DNA of 64,000 nt, taken from IMG/VR virus record IMGVR_UViG_3300036766_000184, positions 1 to 64,000 of that record. One strand, given 5' to 3'. Each line of letters begins with the position of its first letter. Within the stretch, counting starts at the first letter, position 1. Shown in pieces: positions 19,322 through 28,746 of this stretch. The DNA comes from a virus. The notes beneath the pieces are model-generated. The model was not told where the DNA came from and did not search any database. It saw nothing but the letters and a program-made list of their open reading frames with translations. Made by a program: the position numbers and the translations under genes.

Positions 19322-19732
19322 ATGACTGAGCCCGTCCCGCCTTCTCCCGAGCAACGCCTGCACGACCAGGACGAAAAGCTGATCGCGCACTTCGCCTGGA
19401 AGGACGTATTGCGTCGCGCCCCCGGCATCCCGACCGCGGTCCTTTGGGAGATCGCGCAAGGTACGAAGGAAATGGTTCCGCATCTGGGCGACCCGATCGC
19501 CTCCCTGGAGTGGCACATCACCAAGGTCATCGACCTCGCCCGCCAGGTGGTCAACAAGGCCCGCGTAGACAACGGCCTGTTCCCGGTGCTGTACTACACC
19601 GCGCTCGATTCAGTCGCGGCGCACCTCTACCGGGATGCGGACGGTCGAGAGGTCGAGTGCGAGACGCTGTTGCCAGCGGCGGTGTGTGAGTGCGGTCGGC
19701 ATGTGCTTGAGTTAGCTGGCGTTCCGATCTAA
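19322..19732 (+). CDS. Hypothetical protein
   Basis: ORF between the promoter and the methylase. Confidence 0.55.
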   Translation: MTEPVPPSPEQRLHDQDEKLIAHFAWKDVLRRAPGIPTAVLWEIAQGTKEMVPHLGDPIASLEWHITKVIDLARQVVNKARVDNGLFPVLYYTALDSVAAHLYRDADGREVECETLLPAAVCECGRHVLELAGVPI

Positions 19733-20497
19733 ATGCCGCGGCTATTGGATCTGTTTTCAGGCGCCGGCGGCGCAGCGATGGGCTATCACCGCGCGGGCTT
19801 CGATGAGATCGTCGGCGTGGACAATCGCCCGCAGCCGCGCTATCCGTTCGCGTTCGTCCAGGGTGACGCGCTCGACTACCTCGCGGCCCACGGGCGGGAG
19901 TTCGATGCGATCCATGCGAGCCCGCCGTGTCAGGCATTTACCGCGCTCAAGACGATGTGGAACTCGCGCGAGCACGCGGACCTCGTGGAGCCGACGCGCG
20001 GCCTGCTGCGCGCTACCACGTTGCCGTGGGTGATCGAGAACGTGCCGGGCGCACCGCTCGCGCGCGGCGCCGCGATGCTCTGCGGCACGATGTTCAACCT
20101 CGGCACGAACGACGGCCGCGCGGAGTTACGCCGGCATCGCTACTTCGAGTTGAGCCACGCGCTGACGACGCTGATCCCCGAGTGCGCGCACGGCGGCATC
20201 ACGGTCGGTGTCTACGGGGACGGAAACGGGCGCGACTATCGGCGCGATCCGGTCGTCATCGGCGTGTACGGCAGGCACGGGCGCGACCGCCGCCGCATCA
20301 AGCCCTCGGTTGGCGTCTACGGCCACGCGGGCGGGAAGTCCGTGCGCGACGGCACGCAGCAATTCTCCACGAAGGAACGCGGCGAGGCGATGGGCATCGA
20401 CTGGATGACCAGCAACGAACTGTCCCAGGCGATTCCGCCCGCCTATACCCAGTGGATCGGCGCCCGCCTCCTCGCCGCGATGGCGTCCCACGCCTAG
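19733..20497 (+). CDS. C5-cytosine DNA methyltransferase
   Basis: LDLFSGAGG (motif I), HASPPCQ (motif IV), VIENV (motif VI), SQAIPPAYT. Confidence 0.88.
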   Translation: MPRLLDLFSGAGGAAMGYHRAGFDEIVGVDNRPQPRYPFAFVQGDALDYLAAHGREFDAIHASPPCQAFTALKTMWNSREHADLVEPTRGLLRATTLPWVIENVPGAPLARGAAMLCGTMFNLGTNDGRAELRRHRYFELSHALTTLIPECAHGGITVGVYGDGNGRDYRRDPVVIGVYGRHGRDRRRIKPSVGVYGHAGGKSVRDGTQQFSTKERGEAMGIDWMTSNELSQAIPPAYTQWIGARLLAAMASHA

Positions 20498-20959
20498 GTG
20501 CGCTCCTTCTCGATGCGCGCCGACGACATCGCCTCGATCGTGAATCACGCCCGCGGCGAGTGGCCCAACGAAGCCTGCGGCATCCTCATGGAGAACCCCG
20601 CCGGCGTGCGGATGCTCTACCCGGCCCCGAACCTGATCGGCCTCTTACACCACGCGGAGCCGATCGCCTGGCGCCCCCCGACCGAGGGCTACGTGATGGA
20701 CCCGAAGAGCTTGAAGGCCGCGCTCTCGTGGCGCACGCAAGGCTTCGAGTTGACCGTGCTCTACCACAGCCACACGAACGGCGCGCCGAGCTTGTCGGCC
20801 GAGGACATCCGGGTCGCGCTCAAGCCGGACGGGACCCCGTACTTCCCGAAGGTGGTCTACCTCGTGGTGGGCGTTGCCCGCGCGGGCAGCGTGCCGACAC
20901 TCACGGCGTGGAGCTGGACCGGGAAGCGGTTCGGGGAACGGAAAGTTGTGGCGGCGTGA
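20498..20959 (+). CDS. JAB/MPN+ (Mov34) metalloisopeptidase
   Basis: PNEACGIL...YHSHTNGAPSLSAED is an intact JAMM motif. Confidence 0.85.
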   Translation: MRSFSMRADDIASIVNHARGEWPNEACGILMENPAGVRMLYPAPNLIGLLHHAEPIAWRPPTEGYVMDPKSLKAALSWRTQGFELTVLYHSHTNGAPSLSAEDIRVALKPDGTPYFPKVVYLVVGVARAGSVPTLTAWSWTGKRFGERKVVAA

Positions 20960-21438
20960 AGATTACCGCCCGCCTCCACCGCTACCAGCGGCCCGGCACC
21001 TCCGACTGGGTCGCCGCGGGCACGATCTTCGCGGAGCAGCCCACGGTGTCGCCCGCCCGCGCCTACGCGGATGCCGACGGTGCGACTGCCGCCGCCCACG
21101 GCAATCCAGACGAGGTGTCCACGGAGGTATTCGGGGACCATCCGAGCGGCGAGTCTCGCGTGACCGGGGTGGTGTGGTCGACCACGGACGCCGAGCGCGC
21201 GATGTACGGGCCCGTGCGGATTCGCCTTGACGGGATTTCGGGCGACGCCCTCACCGCCAAGCGGCACGGGCGCACGGGGCTCGCGATCCACGGCGGGCCG
21301 CTCCGTGACGGGAAGCTCCGGGCAACTCACGGCTGTTTAAGAGTTGACGACGACACCGCGATGGCGCTGGCCCGCGCGGTTGAGACGGAACTCCGGGCCG
21401 GTCGATCTGTGGTCTATTCGTGTGAGGCTATTCGGTGA
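20956..21438 (+). CDS. L,D-transpeptidase (YkuD/Tlde1-like) catalytic-domain protein
   Basis: GRTGLAIHGG...RATHGCLRV; GTGA-coupled start. Confidence 0.7.
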   Translation: MKITARLHRYQRPGTSDWVAAGTIFAEQPTVSPARAYADADGATAAAHGNPDEVSTEVFGDHPSGESRVTGVVWSTTDAERAMYGPVRIRLDGISGDALTAKRHGRTGLAIHGGPLRDGKLRATHGCLRVDDDTAMALARAVETELRAGRSVVYSCEAIR

Positions 21439-21456
21439 GCGCGTGATGGTAAGTCG

Positions 21457-21473
21457 TGCTAATGTGAACTCAC
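21457..21473 (+). promoter_or_regulatory. Extended -10 promoter overlapping operator GTGAACTCAC
   Basis: TGCTAATGTGAACTCAC directly before the helicase ATG. Confidence 0.55.
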
Positions 21474-22841
21474 ATGACTAACTACGAGGCGTTTCTCGCC
21501 AGCAAAGCCATCGCCGTTCCGTTGCGCGGCGTGACCCACGCGCCGAAACTCGCCAAGCATCTGTTCGGCTATCAGGCGACGAGCACGGACTTCCTACTCC
21601 GCGCGGGATCGGGAGGGTTGTTTTTAGATACTGGCATGGGGAAAACCCTGTGCGAGCTGGAGTGGTCCCGCCACGCCGCCGAAGCCACGAACGGGCGCGC
21701 GCTGATCCTCACACCCCTGGCCGTCGCGCGCCAGATCGAAGCGGAGGGGCGTCGCTTCGACTACGAGGTGCGCGTGATCCGAGATCAGTCGGATGTGGGC
21801 GATGGTATCAACATCTGCAACTACGACCGATTCGACAAGCTGGACCCGGGCGCGTTCGGATCTGTCGCGTGTGACGAGTCAGGGATCATCAAGAACTTCA
21901 CGGGCATGACGTCGCGCGCCCTGATCGCCGCATTCGCCGGGCATCGGTTCCGACTGTCCGTGAGCGCGACGCCGGCGCCCAACGATCATGTTGAAATCGC
22001 GCAGCACGCCGCCTTCTGCGGACTCATGGCGCGCGACGAAATGCTCGTGCGCTGGTTCATCAACGACGCGAGCGATACGAAGTCCTGGCGGCTCAAGCGT
22101 CACGGTGTCACAGCGTTCTTCGATTGGATGGCCTCGTGGTGCCGCATGGCCGAGCATCCACGCGATCTGGGCGACGACATGCCGGGGTTCGATCTCTTGC
22201 CGCTAAATATCCACCGGCACCATGCTGTCGACAGCGCCAACGTGCCCACGGACGGGCTGTTCGGGATCGCGCTCTCCGCGACGACGCTCCACGACGTGAA
22301 GCGGGCCACCGCGAAGGCGCGGGCTGATGTTGTGGCAGGGCTTGTCCACGCAGAACCCGACGAGCCGTGGGTTGTCTGGGTCGATACGGACTACGAAGCG
22401 GATGCGATGGCCGCTGTATTGCCAGAGGCTGTGGAGGTGCGCGGCTCGCATTCAATCGAGCGCAAAGAAGATGCGCTCGCCGCGTTCGCGGACGGCTCCG
22501 CGCGCGTCATTCTGAGCAAGCCCTCGATCTGCGGCCATGGACTCAACTGGCAGCACGCCGCGCGCATGGCGTTCGTCGGCCGCTCGTTCTCCTACGAATC
22601 GTGGTATCAGGCCGTTCGGCGCGAGTGGCGCTTCGGCCAAACGCGGCCCGTTGATGTGCATCTGATCGTCGCCGAAGGCGAAGACCAGATAGGACGCGTG
22701 ATCGACCGCAAGGCCGATGACCACAAAATAATGAAAGCGGCGATGGTCGCTGCGATGCGGCGCGCGATGGGACAGTCGGCCCATCTTCGGGTCGCGTACG
22801 ACCCGCGCCATGAAGGACGACTGCCAGCATGGCTGCTGTAA
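21474..22841 (+). CDS. SNF2-like SF2 helicase
   Basis: LDTGMGKT, CDES, SATPAPND, GHGLNWQH and YQAVRREWRFGQ. Confidence 0.9.
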   Translation: MTNYEAFLASKAIAVPLRGVTHAPKLAKHLFGYQATSTDFLLRAGSGGLFLDTGMGKTLCELEWSRHAAEATNGRALILTPLAVARQIEAEGRRFDYEVRVIRDQSDVGDGINICNYDRFDKLDPGAFGSVACDESGIIKNFTGMTSRALIAAFAGHRFRLSVSATPAPNDHVEIAQHAAFCGLMARDEMLVRWFINDASDTKSWRLKRHGVTAFFDWMASWCRMAEHPRDLGDDMPGFDLLPLNIHRHHAVDSANVPTDGLFGIALSATTLHDVKRATAKARADVVAGLVHAEPDEPWVVWVDTDYEADAMAAVLPEAVEVRGSHSIERKEDALAAFADGSARVILSKPSICGHGLNWQHAARMAFVGRSFSYESWYQAVRREWRFGQTRPVDVHLIVAEGEDQIGRVIDRKADDHKIMKAAMVAAMRRAMGQSAHLRVAYDPRHEGRLPAWLL

Positions 22842-23224
22842 CGCATACAGGGACCTGCCTGCACTGCGGCGCGCCGTTCGTGGCGTACCGAAGCCCGAAA
22901 CGCCCAGCGCCGAAGTTTTGCAGCTTGACGTGCGTTGGGGCGGCACAGCGGGGCGCGCGTAATCCATCCTACCGCGGCGGTCGCTATGTGGACCCGAACG
23001 GCTACGTGCAGGTGCTCAACGCGAATCATCCGCTCGCGGACTGCCGCGGTTACGTCTATGAGCATCGGCTTGTCGCCGAGCAGAAGCTTGGTCGGCCGCT
23101 CCGCGCGGGCGAGGTTGTCCATCACCACAACCGCCGCAAGAGCGACAACTCACCAGAGAACATTGAGGTCTACGAGAGTCAGGCCGAACACGCTCGGCAT
23201 CATGCGGCTGCGGCCAGCGCATGA
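22829..23224 (+). CDS. HNH homing endonuclease
   Basis: CLHCG..FCSLTC; YVYEHRLVAEQKLGRPL...EVVHHHNRRKSDNSPENI. Confidence 0.88.
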   Translation: MAAVTHTGTCLHCGAPFVAYRSPKRPAPKFCSLTCVGAAQRGARNPSYRGGRYVDPNGYVQVLNANHPLADCRGYVYEHRLVAEQKLGRPLRAGEVVHHHNRRKSDNSPENIEVYESQAEHARHHAAAASA

Positions 23225-24093
23225 GGTGTCTCGCGGAGGTTCATGGGGATAGGTTTGCGGCGTATCACGGAGACGCGGTTGATGTAGTGGCCCAACTACC
23301 TGACGAGTCTATCGGACTGTCGTGCTATAGCCCGCCCTTCTCGAATCTGTTCCTCTACTCCGACAGCGCCGCCGACATGGGCAACTCCGGGAGCGATGCG
23401 GAATTCCTTGAGCACTACGGCTACCTGCTCCGCGAGCTGTACCGCGTGACGAAACCGGGCCGGATCTCGGCCGTTCACATCTCCGACGTGCCGTTGCAGA
23501 AGTGGCGCGACGGCGTGATCGGCATCAAGGACTTGTCCGGGTCGGTCATCCGAGCCCACGAAGAAGCGGGCTGGATTCTCCACTCCCGCATCACGATCTG
23601 GAAATCCCCCGTCGTGGAAATGACGCGGACCAAGGCCCTCGGGCTGCTCTACAAGCAACTACAGAAGGACTCGTGCCGTTCGCGCACAGGGATGGCCGAC
23701 TACCTACTCGTATTCCGAAAAGACGGCGAGAACCCGGAGCCGGTCCGCCAGACCCCGGAGTCGTTCCCGCTCTCCCAATGGCAGGAGTGGGCGTCGCCGG
23801 TGTGGATGACGGTCGATCAAACGCGCGTGCTGAATGTGCGGGCTGCGCGCGAGGCGAACGATGAGCGCCACCTCTGCCCGCTCCAGCTCGACGTGATTGA
23901 CCGCGCGCTAATCCTGTGGAGCAACCCCGGCGATACCGTGGTGTCGCCATTCATGGGCATCGGCTCCGAAGGCGTGTGCGCGCTGAGGCTCGGTCGCCGC
24001 TTCATTGGTGTGGAGCTGAAAGAGTCGTACTTCGCGCAAGGCAGCGGCTATCTGAACGCGGAAGATCGACAGATGGAACTGACGACCCTCTAG
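23221..24093 (+). CDS. N4/N6 amino-DNA methyltransferase
   Basis: YSPPF catalytic motif; HLCPLQLD; VSPFMGIGSEG SAM-binding motif. Confidence 0.9.
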   Translation: MRCLAEVHGDRFAAYHGDAVDVVAQLPDESIGLSCYSPPFSNLFLYSDSAADMGNSGSDAEFLEHYGYLLRELYRVTKPGRISAVHISDVPLQKWRDGVIGIKDLSGSVIRAHEEAGWILHSRITIWKSPVVEMTRTKALGLLYKQLQKDSCRSRTGMADYLLVFRKDGENPEPVRQTPESFPLSQWQEWASPVWMTVDQTRVLNVRAAREANDERHLCPLQLDVIDRALILWSNPGDTVVSPFMGIGSEGVCALRLGRRFIGVELKESYFAQGSGYLNAEDRQMELTTL

Positions 24094-24431
24094 ACCAGCT
24101 TCCGATTCGCCGGGACCCACTCAAGCAGCCCCACCTTCGCCAACTCCACTACGCGTGCCCCTTCGGTCATCGTCGCCAACCTCGCGCCGATCCGACACCG
24201 ATCGCAGCGTGGAACGCCGGGTGCGATCTTGGTCCAGCAGGTGTCGCACCGGGAGAGCGCCTGAGACTCGCCTGACCGCGCCCGCAGCGAGCGGTCGATC
24301 TCCGCCTGTAGGACGTGCTCGCGGGGGATCGCGGGCCGTTCGACCATGTGTCCGCAGGCCGTGCAGACGTAGGCCGCGGGTTCCGTTCGCATGAAGCCCC
24401 GGCACCGATCACAGCGTTTCGCTTTCGCCAC
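24090..24431 (-). CDS. Zn-ribbon protein; the only credible minus-strand gene
   Basis: GGAGG ribosome-binding site and TACTAT -10 on the minus strand; CDRC..CTAC and CDTC..CDRC. Confidence 0.6.
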   Translation of the reverse strand: MAKAKRCDRCRGFMRTEPAAYVCTACGHMVERPAIPREHVLQAEIDRSLRARSGESQALSRCDTCWTKIAPGVPRCDRCRIGARLATMTEGARVVELAKVGLLEWVPANRKLV

Positions 24432-24477
24432 GGGCTACCTCCGGGAGTGTTGAGCCTCGCCGCATAGTACTAGAAAA

Positions 24478-24507
24478 TTGACATTGACAACGCCCGCGTC
24501 CTAACAT
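24478..24507 (+). promoter_or_regulatory. Sigma70-type promoter for head genes
   Basis: TTGACA-18 nt-TAACAT in an AT-rich intergenic gap. Confidence 0.6.
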
Positions 24508-24522
24508 CGCGTCAACGTAGTA

Positions 24523-24600
24523 CCGGGACGCCTTCTGACAAGAAGCCCGGGGTGCAGATGGAGAGAGTCGTTCTCTCTGTCCAGCGCTCCGGGCTTTTTG
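24523..24600 (+). terminator. Leader with alternative hairpins and a terminator (attenuator-like)
   Basis: AAGCCCGGG...TCCGGGCTT followed by a T-run; a competing CCGGG..CTTCT/AGAAG-CCCGG hairpin overlaps it. Confidence 0.55.
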
Positions 24601-24651
24601 CGTTCGGCGCACGGACTCCAGGCTGCCCGACCGGGCAAGGAGAGGACACAC

Positions 24652-25791
24652 ATGGCGACCAAGACCGACGGAGGTAGCGTGGCGACAGCGACTGAAGGCG
24701 AGATCGAGATCGTGGTCCCCGAGGGGATGGAAGACATCCTCGACGCGGCGACCGGCGCGCCCGTGCGCCTGGACGGCGATCGTCTCCCGACCGACATCGA
24801 GGGCGCCTTCGCGGGCGACGAGACGATCGGTGAGAACGTACCAGCGCTCGCGCCTGAGCCGGTCGCCGCCGCGACCCCGGCCGCCGAGCCGGTCGTGCCA
24901 TCTACCGAACCCGCCGCCGAGGTGGTCGCGTCACCGCCCCTCGACCCCCGAGCCTCCCGCCACGCCCTTGAAGCGCAGGCCGACCTGGACCGGATCGACG
25001 AAGAGATCGAGCTGGGCCGCAAGACGATGCGCGCGGCGGCCCCGATCGACGCCGAGACGGAGATGTCGGACGAGGACTGGGGCAAGCTCCAGGCCAAGGT
25101 CGTTGAGAAGGCCGGGGAAGCGCAGGACTTCGGCCAGGCCGTCAACGAAGTGTTCTCGACCCTCCGCGAGATCGACAAGCAGAAGGCGGTCACGCGCGCC
25201 TCGAAGCAGACCTTCACCAATCGAAACGCAGCCCTCACGGCCATGACGGAAGCGGCCCGCGAGCGGCACCCGGATTTCGACGCGATCGTGACCGATTCCG
25301 GCATCTGGGCTCAGGCCCACCTGGACAGCCCCACGAAGGACCCGGCGATCTCCAAGCTGGTCTACTCCGCGATCGACCCGGCCGAGAAGGCGTACTGGCT
25401 GGGCCGGACCAAGATTGCCAGGGCGAACAAACGCGATCCCTCGGACCCGGACTTCGCGAAGCCGATCGGGGCGCCGGTCGCCGCCGCCGTGCCCGCCGCC
25501 GTGCCGGCTGTCGTACCGGCTGTTGTGCCAGACCCCGAGCCCGCGCCAGGGACCCCGGCCGCGATCCGCCGGGACGCCACGAGGGCGACCGTCGACAAGC
25601 TGGCGGCCACGAGCACGCGCGGGCGTGGCGTCGACACCTTCACGCCGGCAGGGCGACCCACGACCACGATGTCGATCGAGCGTCTGGACCGACTTCAAGA
25701 GCAGAACCCGGAGGCGTATCAGCGCCTCATCACCGCCAATCCGGGCCTGGGCGACGCCCACATGATGGGCGACCTCACTCAAGTCGCATGA
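24652..25791 (+). CDS. Putative capsid scaffolding protein
   Basis: Acidic and helical; ARERHPDFDAIV...DPAEKAYWLG; directly upstream of the major capsid gene. Confidence 0.7.
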   Translation: MATKTDGGSVATATEGEIEIVVPEGMEDILDAATGAPVRLDGDRLPTDIEGAFAGDETIGENVPALAPEPVAAATPAAEPVVPSTEPAAEVVASPPLDPRASRHALEAQADLDRIDEEIELGRKTMRAAAPIDAETEMSDEDWGKLQAKVVEKAGEAQDFGQAVNEVFSTLREIDKQKAVTRASKQTFTNRNAALTAMTEAARERHPDFDAIVTDSGIWAQAHLDSPTKDPAISKLVYSAIDPAEKAYWLGRTKIARANKRDPSDPDFAKPIGAPVAAAVPAAVPAVVPAVVPDPEPAPGTPAAIRRDATRATVDKLAATSTRGRGVDTFTPAGRPTTTMSIERLDRLQEQNPEAYQRLITANPGLGDAHMMGDLTQVA

Positions 25792-25811
25792 AAATAAGGA
25801 GATAGAGACCC

Positions 25812-26855
25812 ATGAAGACCCTCACCCATCAGCTCCAGGCGGCCTACGAGGCCCTCGGCCTGCCCATCATCATGGGTGGGACGGACACCGAAGTCCTCAC
25901 GGGCGACGCCGTCACCGTCAAGCGGTGGGCGAGTCGTCTCTGGGTCGAGATGCCCCGGTCGATCTACTGGGCGAAGTTCATGAAGACCAACGACATGAAC
26001 TCGATCATCGAGGTCAAGGAAGACCTGGTCGGCCAGCCCGGAGATCAGATCACCTTCACGCTCCTGCGCAAGCTGACGGGCGCCGGCGTGTCGGGTGACA
26101 ACACGATGGAAGGCAGCGAAGAGGCGATGGTGCCGTATTCCGACACCGTGGTCCTCGATCAGGTCAGGAACGCCGTCCGGCTCAAGGGCAAGCTCTCGGA
26201 GCGCCGCACCGCATGGTCGCAGCGCAACGCGGCCAAGACCATCCTCCAGACGTGGATGGCCGAGACGATCGACGACGACATCTTCACCCAGTTCGACAGC
26301 TCCCCGTCGACCGCGCTCTACGGCGGCTCCGCGACCGCGACGGCCAACATCACGACCTCCGACAAGGTGACCCCGAGTCTGTTCAACCGGGCGGTCGCCA
26401 AGTCCCGCAAGTCCATCCCGAAGATCTGGCCGGTGCGCCTGAACGGCAAGGACCTGTTCGTCTCGGTCCTGCACACGGATGTCGCGTACGACCTGGAGCA
26501 GGACTCGACCTGGCAGGCGTTCCAGCGTGACGCGGCGATGCGCGGGGACGACAACCCCATCTTCACCGGCATGAACGGCATGATCGGCGGCGTCATCATC
26601 CACTCGCACGAGAAGGTGCCGATCTCGACCACGTACGGCGCGGGCGGCAATCTGACCGGCGCGGCCAACTTCTTCCTCGGGAGACAGGCGGGACTGTTCG
26701 CTTGGGGTGAGCGTCCCAAGTGGTGGGAAAAGGAATTCGATTACGGGAACGCGACTGGATTTTGCATCGGGGCTACCTGGGACTTCACAAAGGCAGTGTT
26801 TAACAGCGTGGATCACGCTTTCATCAGTCTTCGTTCGTATAGAACTTCCGTCTAG
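25812..26855 (+). CDS. Major capsid protein (N4-gp56/DUF4043-like)
   Basis: DLVGQPGDQITFTL...GVSGDNTMEGSEE...LDQVRNAV; NPIFTG; EKEFDYGN. Confidence 0.9.
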   Translation: MKTLTHQLQAAYEALGLPIIMGGTDTEVLTGDAVTVKRWASRLWVEMPRSIYWAKFMKTNDMNSIIEVKEDLVGQPGDQITFTLLRKLTGAGVSGDNTMEGSEEAMVPYSDTVVLDQVRNAVRLKGKLSERRTAWSQRNAAKTILQTWMAETIDDDIFTQFDSSPSTALYGGSATATANITTSDKVTPSLFNRAVAKSRKSIPKIWPVRLNGKDLFVSVLHTDVAYDLEQDSTWQAFQRDAAMRGDDNPIFTGMNGMIGGVIIHSHEKVPISTTYGAGGNLTGAANFFLGRQAGLFAWGERPKWWEKEFDYGNATGFCIGATWDFTKAVFNSVDHAFISLRSYRTSV

Positions 26856-26937
26856 AGAATCTTCTTGACTCTCACGATGGATGTTGCTAAGCTGCCCTCC
26901 ATGGCCAGCGCTACTGGCGGCCATGGAGGAGTCAGCG

Positions 26938-27519
26938 ATGGAAGAGGAGAGAACCAAACGATGCGGTGTTTGCAAACTGGACAAGCCGCTCTCGGCCTTC
27001 TACGCCAAGCCAGGCGTGAAGGACGGACGGATGTCGAAGTGCAAGGACTGCCAACGTCAGTACGTGCAGGGTCGCTACAACCGCATCCGTCCGGTGTGGC
27101 CCGAGGGTCACAAGTACTGCCCGCGATGCAAGCGGGTATTGCTGTTCGCGGAGTTCGACAAGAACGCGCGCCGCGGAGATGGCTTGCAGACCTACTGCAA
27201 GACGTGCTGGCCGGAGTACCAGAAGTACTGGCGCAAGCGGCCCGAGGCGGGCTTCATGGCGACCGAGAAAATCAAGCGGAGCCTGAAGACTCCTGTCGGC
27301 GCGCTCAAGGCTCGGGCACGTCAACTCACCGCGCTGGCCATTCAGTTCGGCCACCTCGTGCCTGCGCCCTGCGAGGCCGACGGGTGCGGAAGCCTGGATG
27401 TCCAGGCGCATCACACGCAGTACGAGAAGCCGCTCGACGGGATTCGCTGGTACTGCGAGAAGCACCACTTGGACGTGGGCCACGGCGGTCAGTGGACGAA
27501 TCCGCCGGTGGGCGCCTAA
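26938..27519 (+). CDS. Zn-finger/HNH-like homing endonuclease
   Basis: KRCGVCKLDKPLSAFY..DGRMSKCKDC repeated; VQAHHTQYEKPL..WYCEKHH; own promoter TTGACT-17-TAAGCT and GGAGG site. Confidence 0.75.
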   Translation: MEEERTKRCGVCKLDKPLSAFYAKPGVKDGRMSKCKDCQRQYVQGRYNRIRPVWPEGHKYCPRCKRVLLFAEFDKNARRGDGLQTYCKTCWPEYQKYWRKRPEAGFMATEKIKRSLKTPVGALKARARQLTALAIQFGHLVPAPCEADGCGSLDVQAHHTQYEKPLDGIRWYCEKHHLDVGHGGQWTNPPVGA

Positions 27520-27603
27520 GCCGTGCCGCTCCACGCCCCTCGTGGGCCGCCTAGCAGGAGGGCCTCGACGCCGCCAAGGCGAAGGCCAGGAGGAAGAGAG
27601 ACC

Positions 27604-28299
27604 ATGGACACCGTGACAGCCCAGAAGCCCCTGAAGGCCCCGAAGGCTCCGAAGCCGCGCCCCGGCGATGACTACGACGACGCGCTGGCTGACTCCTCGG
27701 ATGACGTCGAGCAGCGGGCCGCCGAAGCGCATCAGGCCCAGATGGGTTCGGCCCAGATGGACGACGACCTCGATCTGTCCATCGTGGAAGATCGTGATGT
27801 CGAGATCGGGATGCCGCTGATCCCGCGCGCCCGCGTGGTCTATGTCGGGTCGCATCCCAAGAAGAACGAGCCGATCCGGGGCCAGATGGTCACCGAGTCG
27901 TGGGAAGCCGAGCCCGCCGTCGAGGCCGACCCGAAACGTGGGATCGCGGCTCGGCCGGCCGTCATGGAGTACAGCAAGACGCCCACGACCGAGTCCGGGA
28001 TCACGAGCTACAACTTCGCCATCCGGGACGAGCGGGGCCGAATCTTGACTCAGCGCCTGATGCCGCGGGACGCCAACCAGAAGGTCGCGGGCAAGCCGTG
28101 GGGGGTCTGTGAGCACCCCGAGCACCTGCGGTACTTCTTGCGCAAGCGGGATCGGGCCGGCGTGCGCGAGTACGAGGTCCTGATCCCCCAGGCGAAGCGG
28201 GCCGCGTTCGACAACTACGTGTCCGACAAGGAACGCGCGATCGGTCGCCACCACGCCCTCGCGGACTACTCGGCGGGGCTGCGTCAGACCCCTGAGTAA
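27604..28299 (+). CDS. Hypothetical head-module protein
   Basis: AGGAGG ribosome-binding site; position after the capsid gene. Confidence 0.65.
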   Translation: MDTVTAQKPLKAPKAPKPRPGDDYDDALADSSDDVEQRAAEAHQAQMGSAQMDDDLDLSIVEDRDVEIGMPLIPRARVVYVGSHPKKNEPIRGQMVTESWEAEPAVEADPKRGIAARPAVMEYSKTPTTESGITSYNFAIRDERGRILTQRLMPRDANQKVAGKPWGVCEHPEHLRYFLRKRDRAGVREYEVLIPQAKRAAFDNYVSDKERAIGRHHALADYSAGLRQTPE

Positions 28300-28311
28300 A
28301 GGAGCTGCGCC

Positions 28312-28626
28312 ATGAGTGACCAGAAGGAATCCGGCAAGAACATGACCGGCATGGCCGATCCGGGCCGGGACGGGAAGCCCTACAGCGGGGCCTCGGATCT
28401 GGGCGAGTTTTCGACCAGCGGCGAGCCACGGAAGATCAACGCGGCCGGCCGCGCCAACGTGGAAGACACGACCCCGGCCAACGGGGAGAGCAAGAGCGCC
28501 AGCGGGGCGCTCGCGGAGTTCGGCGGGGTCAGTGACCCGCAGCGGATCAGCGCCCTCAAGGTCTCCGGGGCCTCGATCGAGATCCCGCGTGAGGGGTACG
28601 ACGACGCCAAGAACCTGAAGGTTTAG
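28312..28626 (+). CDS. Hypothetical head-module protein
   Basis: AAGGAG ribosome-binding site. Confidence 0.65.
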   Translation: MSDQKESGKNMTGMADPGRDGKPYSGASDLGEFSTSGEPRKINAAGRANVEDTTPANGESKSASGALAEFGGVSDPQRISALKVSGASIEIPREGYDDAKNLKV

Positions 28627-28746
28627 GGTCGGCATGCCGCGCCGGGCATCCGCGCCCGGCGCTCTCGCCCTCGCCCTGCCGGGGTGCGGGGGCGCCCGAC
28701 ACGATCGGGATTCCTTGCCCGCGCGGGCAGCGAAGGTGTCCTCGTC

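Noticed and set aside
19927-20955. 5' part of the 503-aa ORF
   Set aside because: Overlaps the methylase and JAB genes out of frame; only the part from GTG 20956 looks like a real protein.
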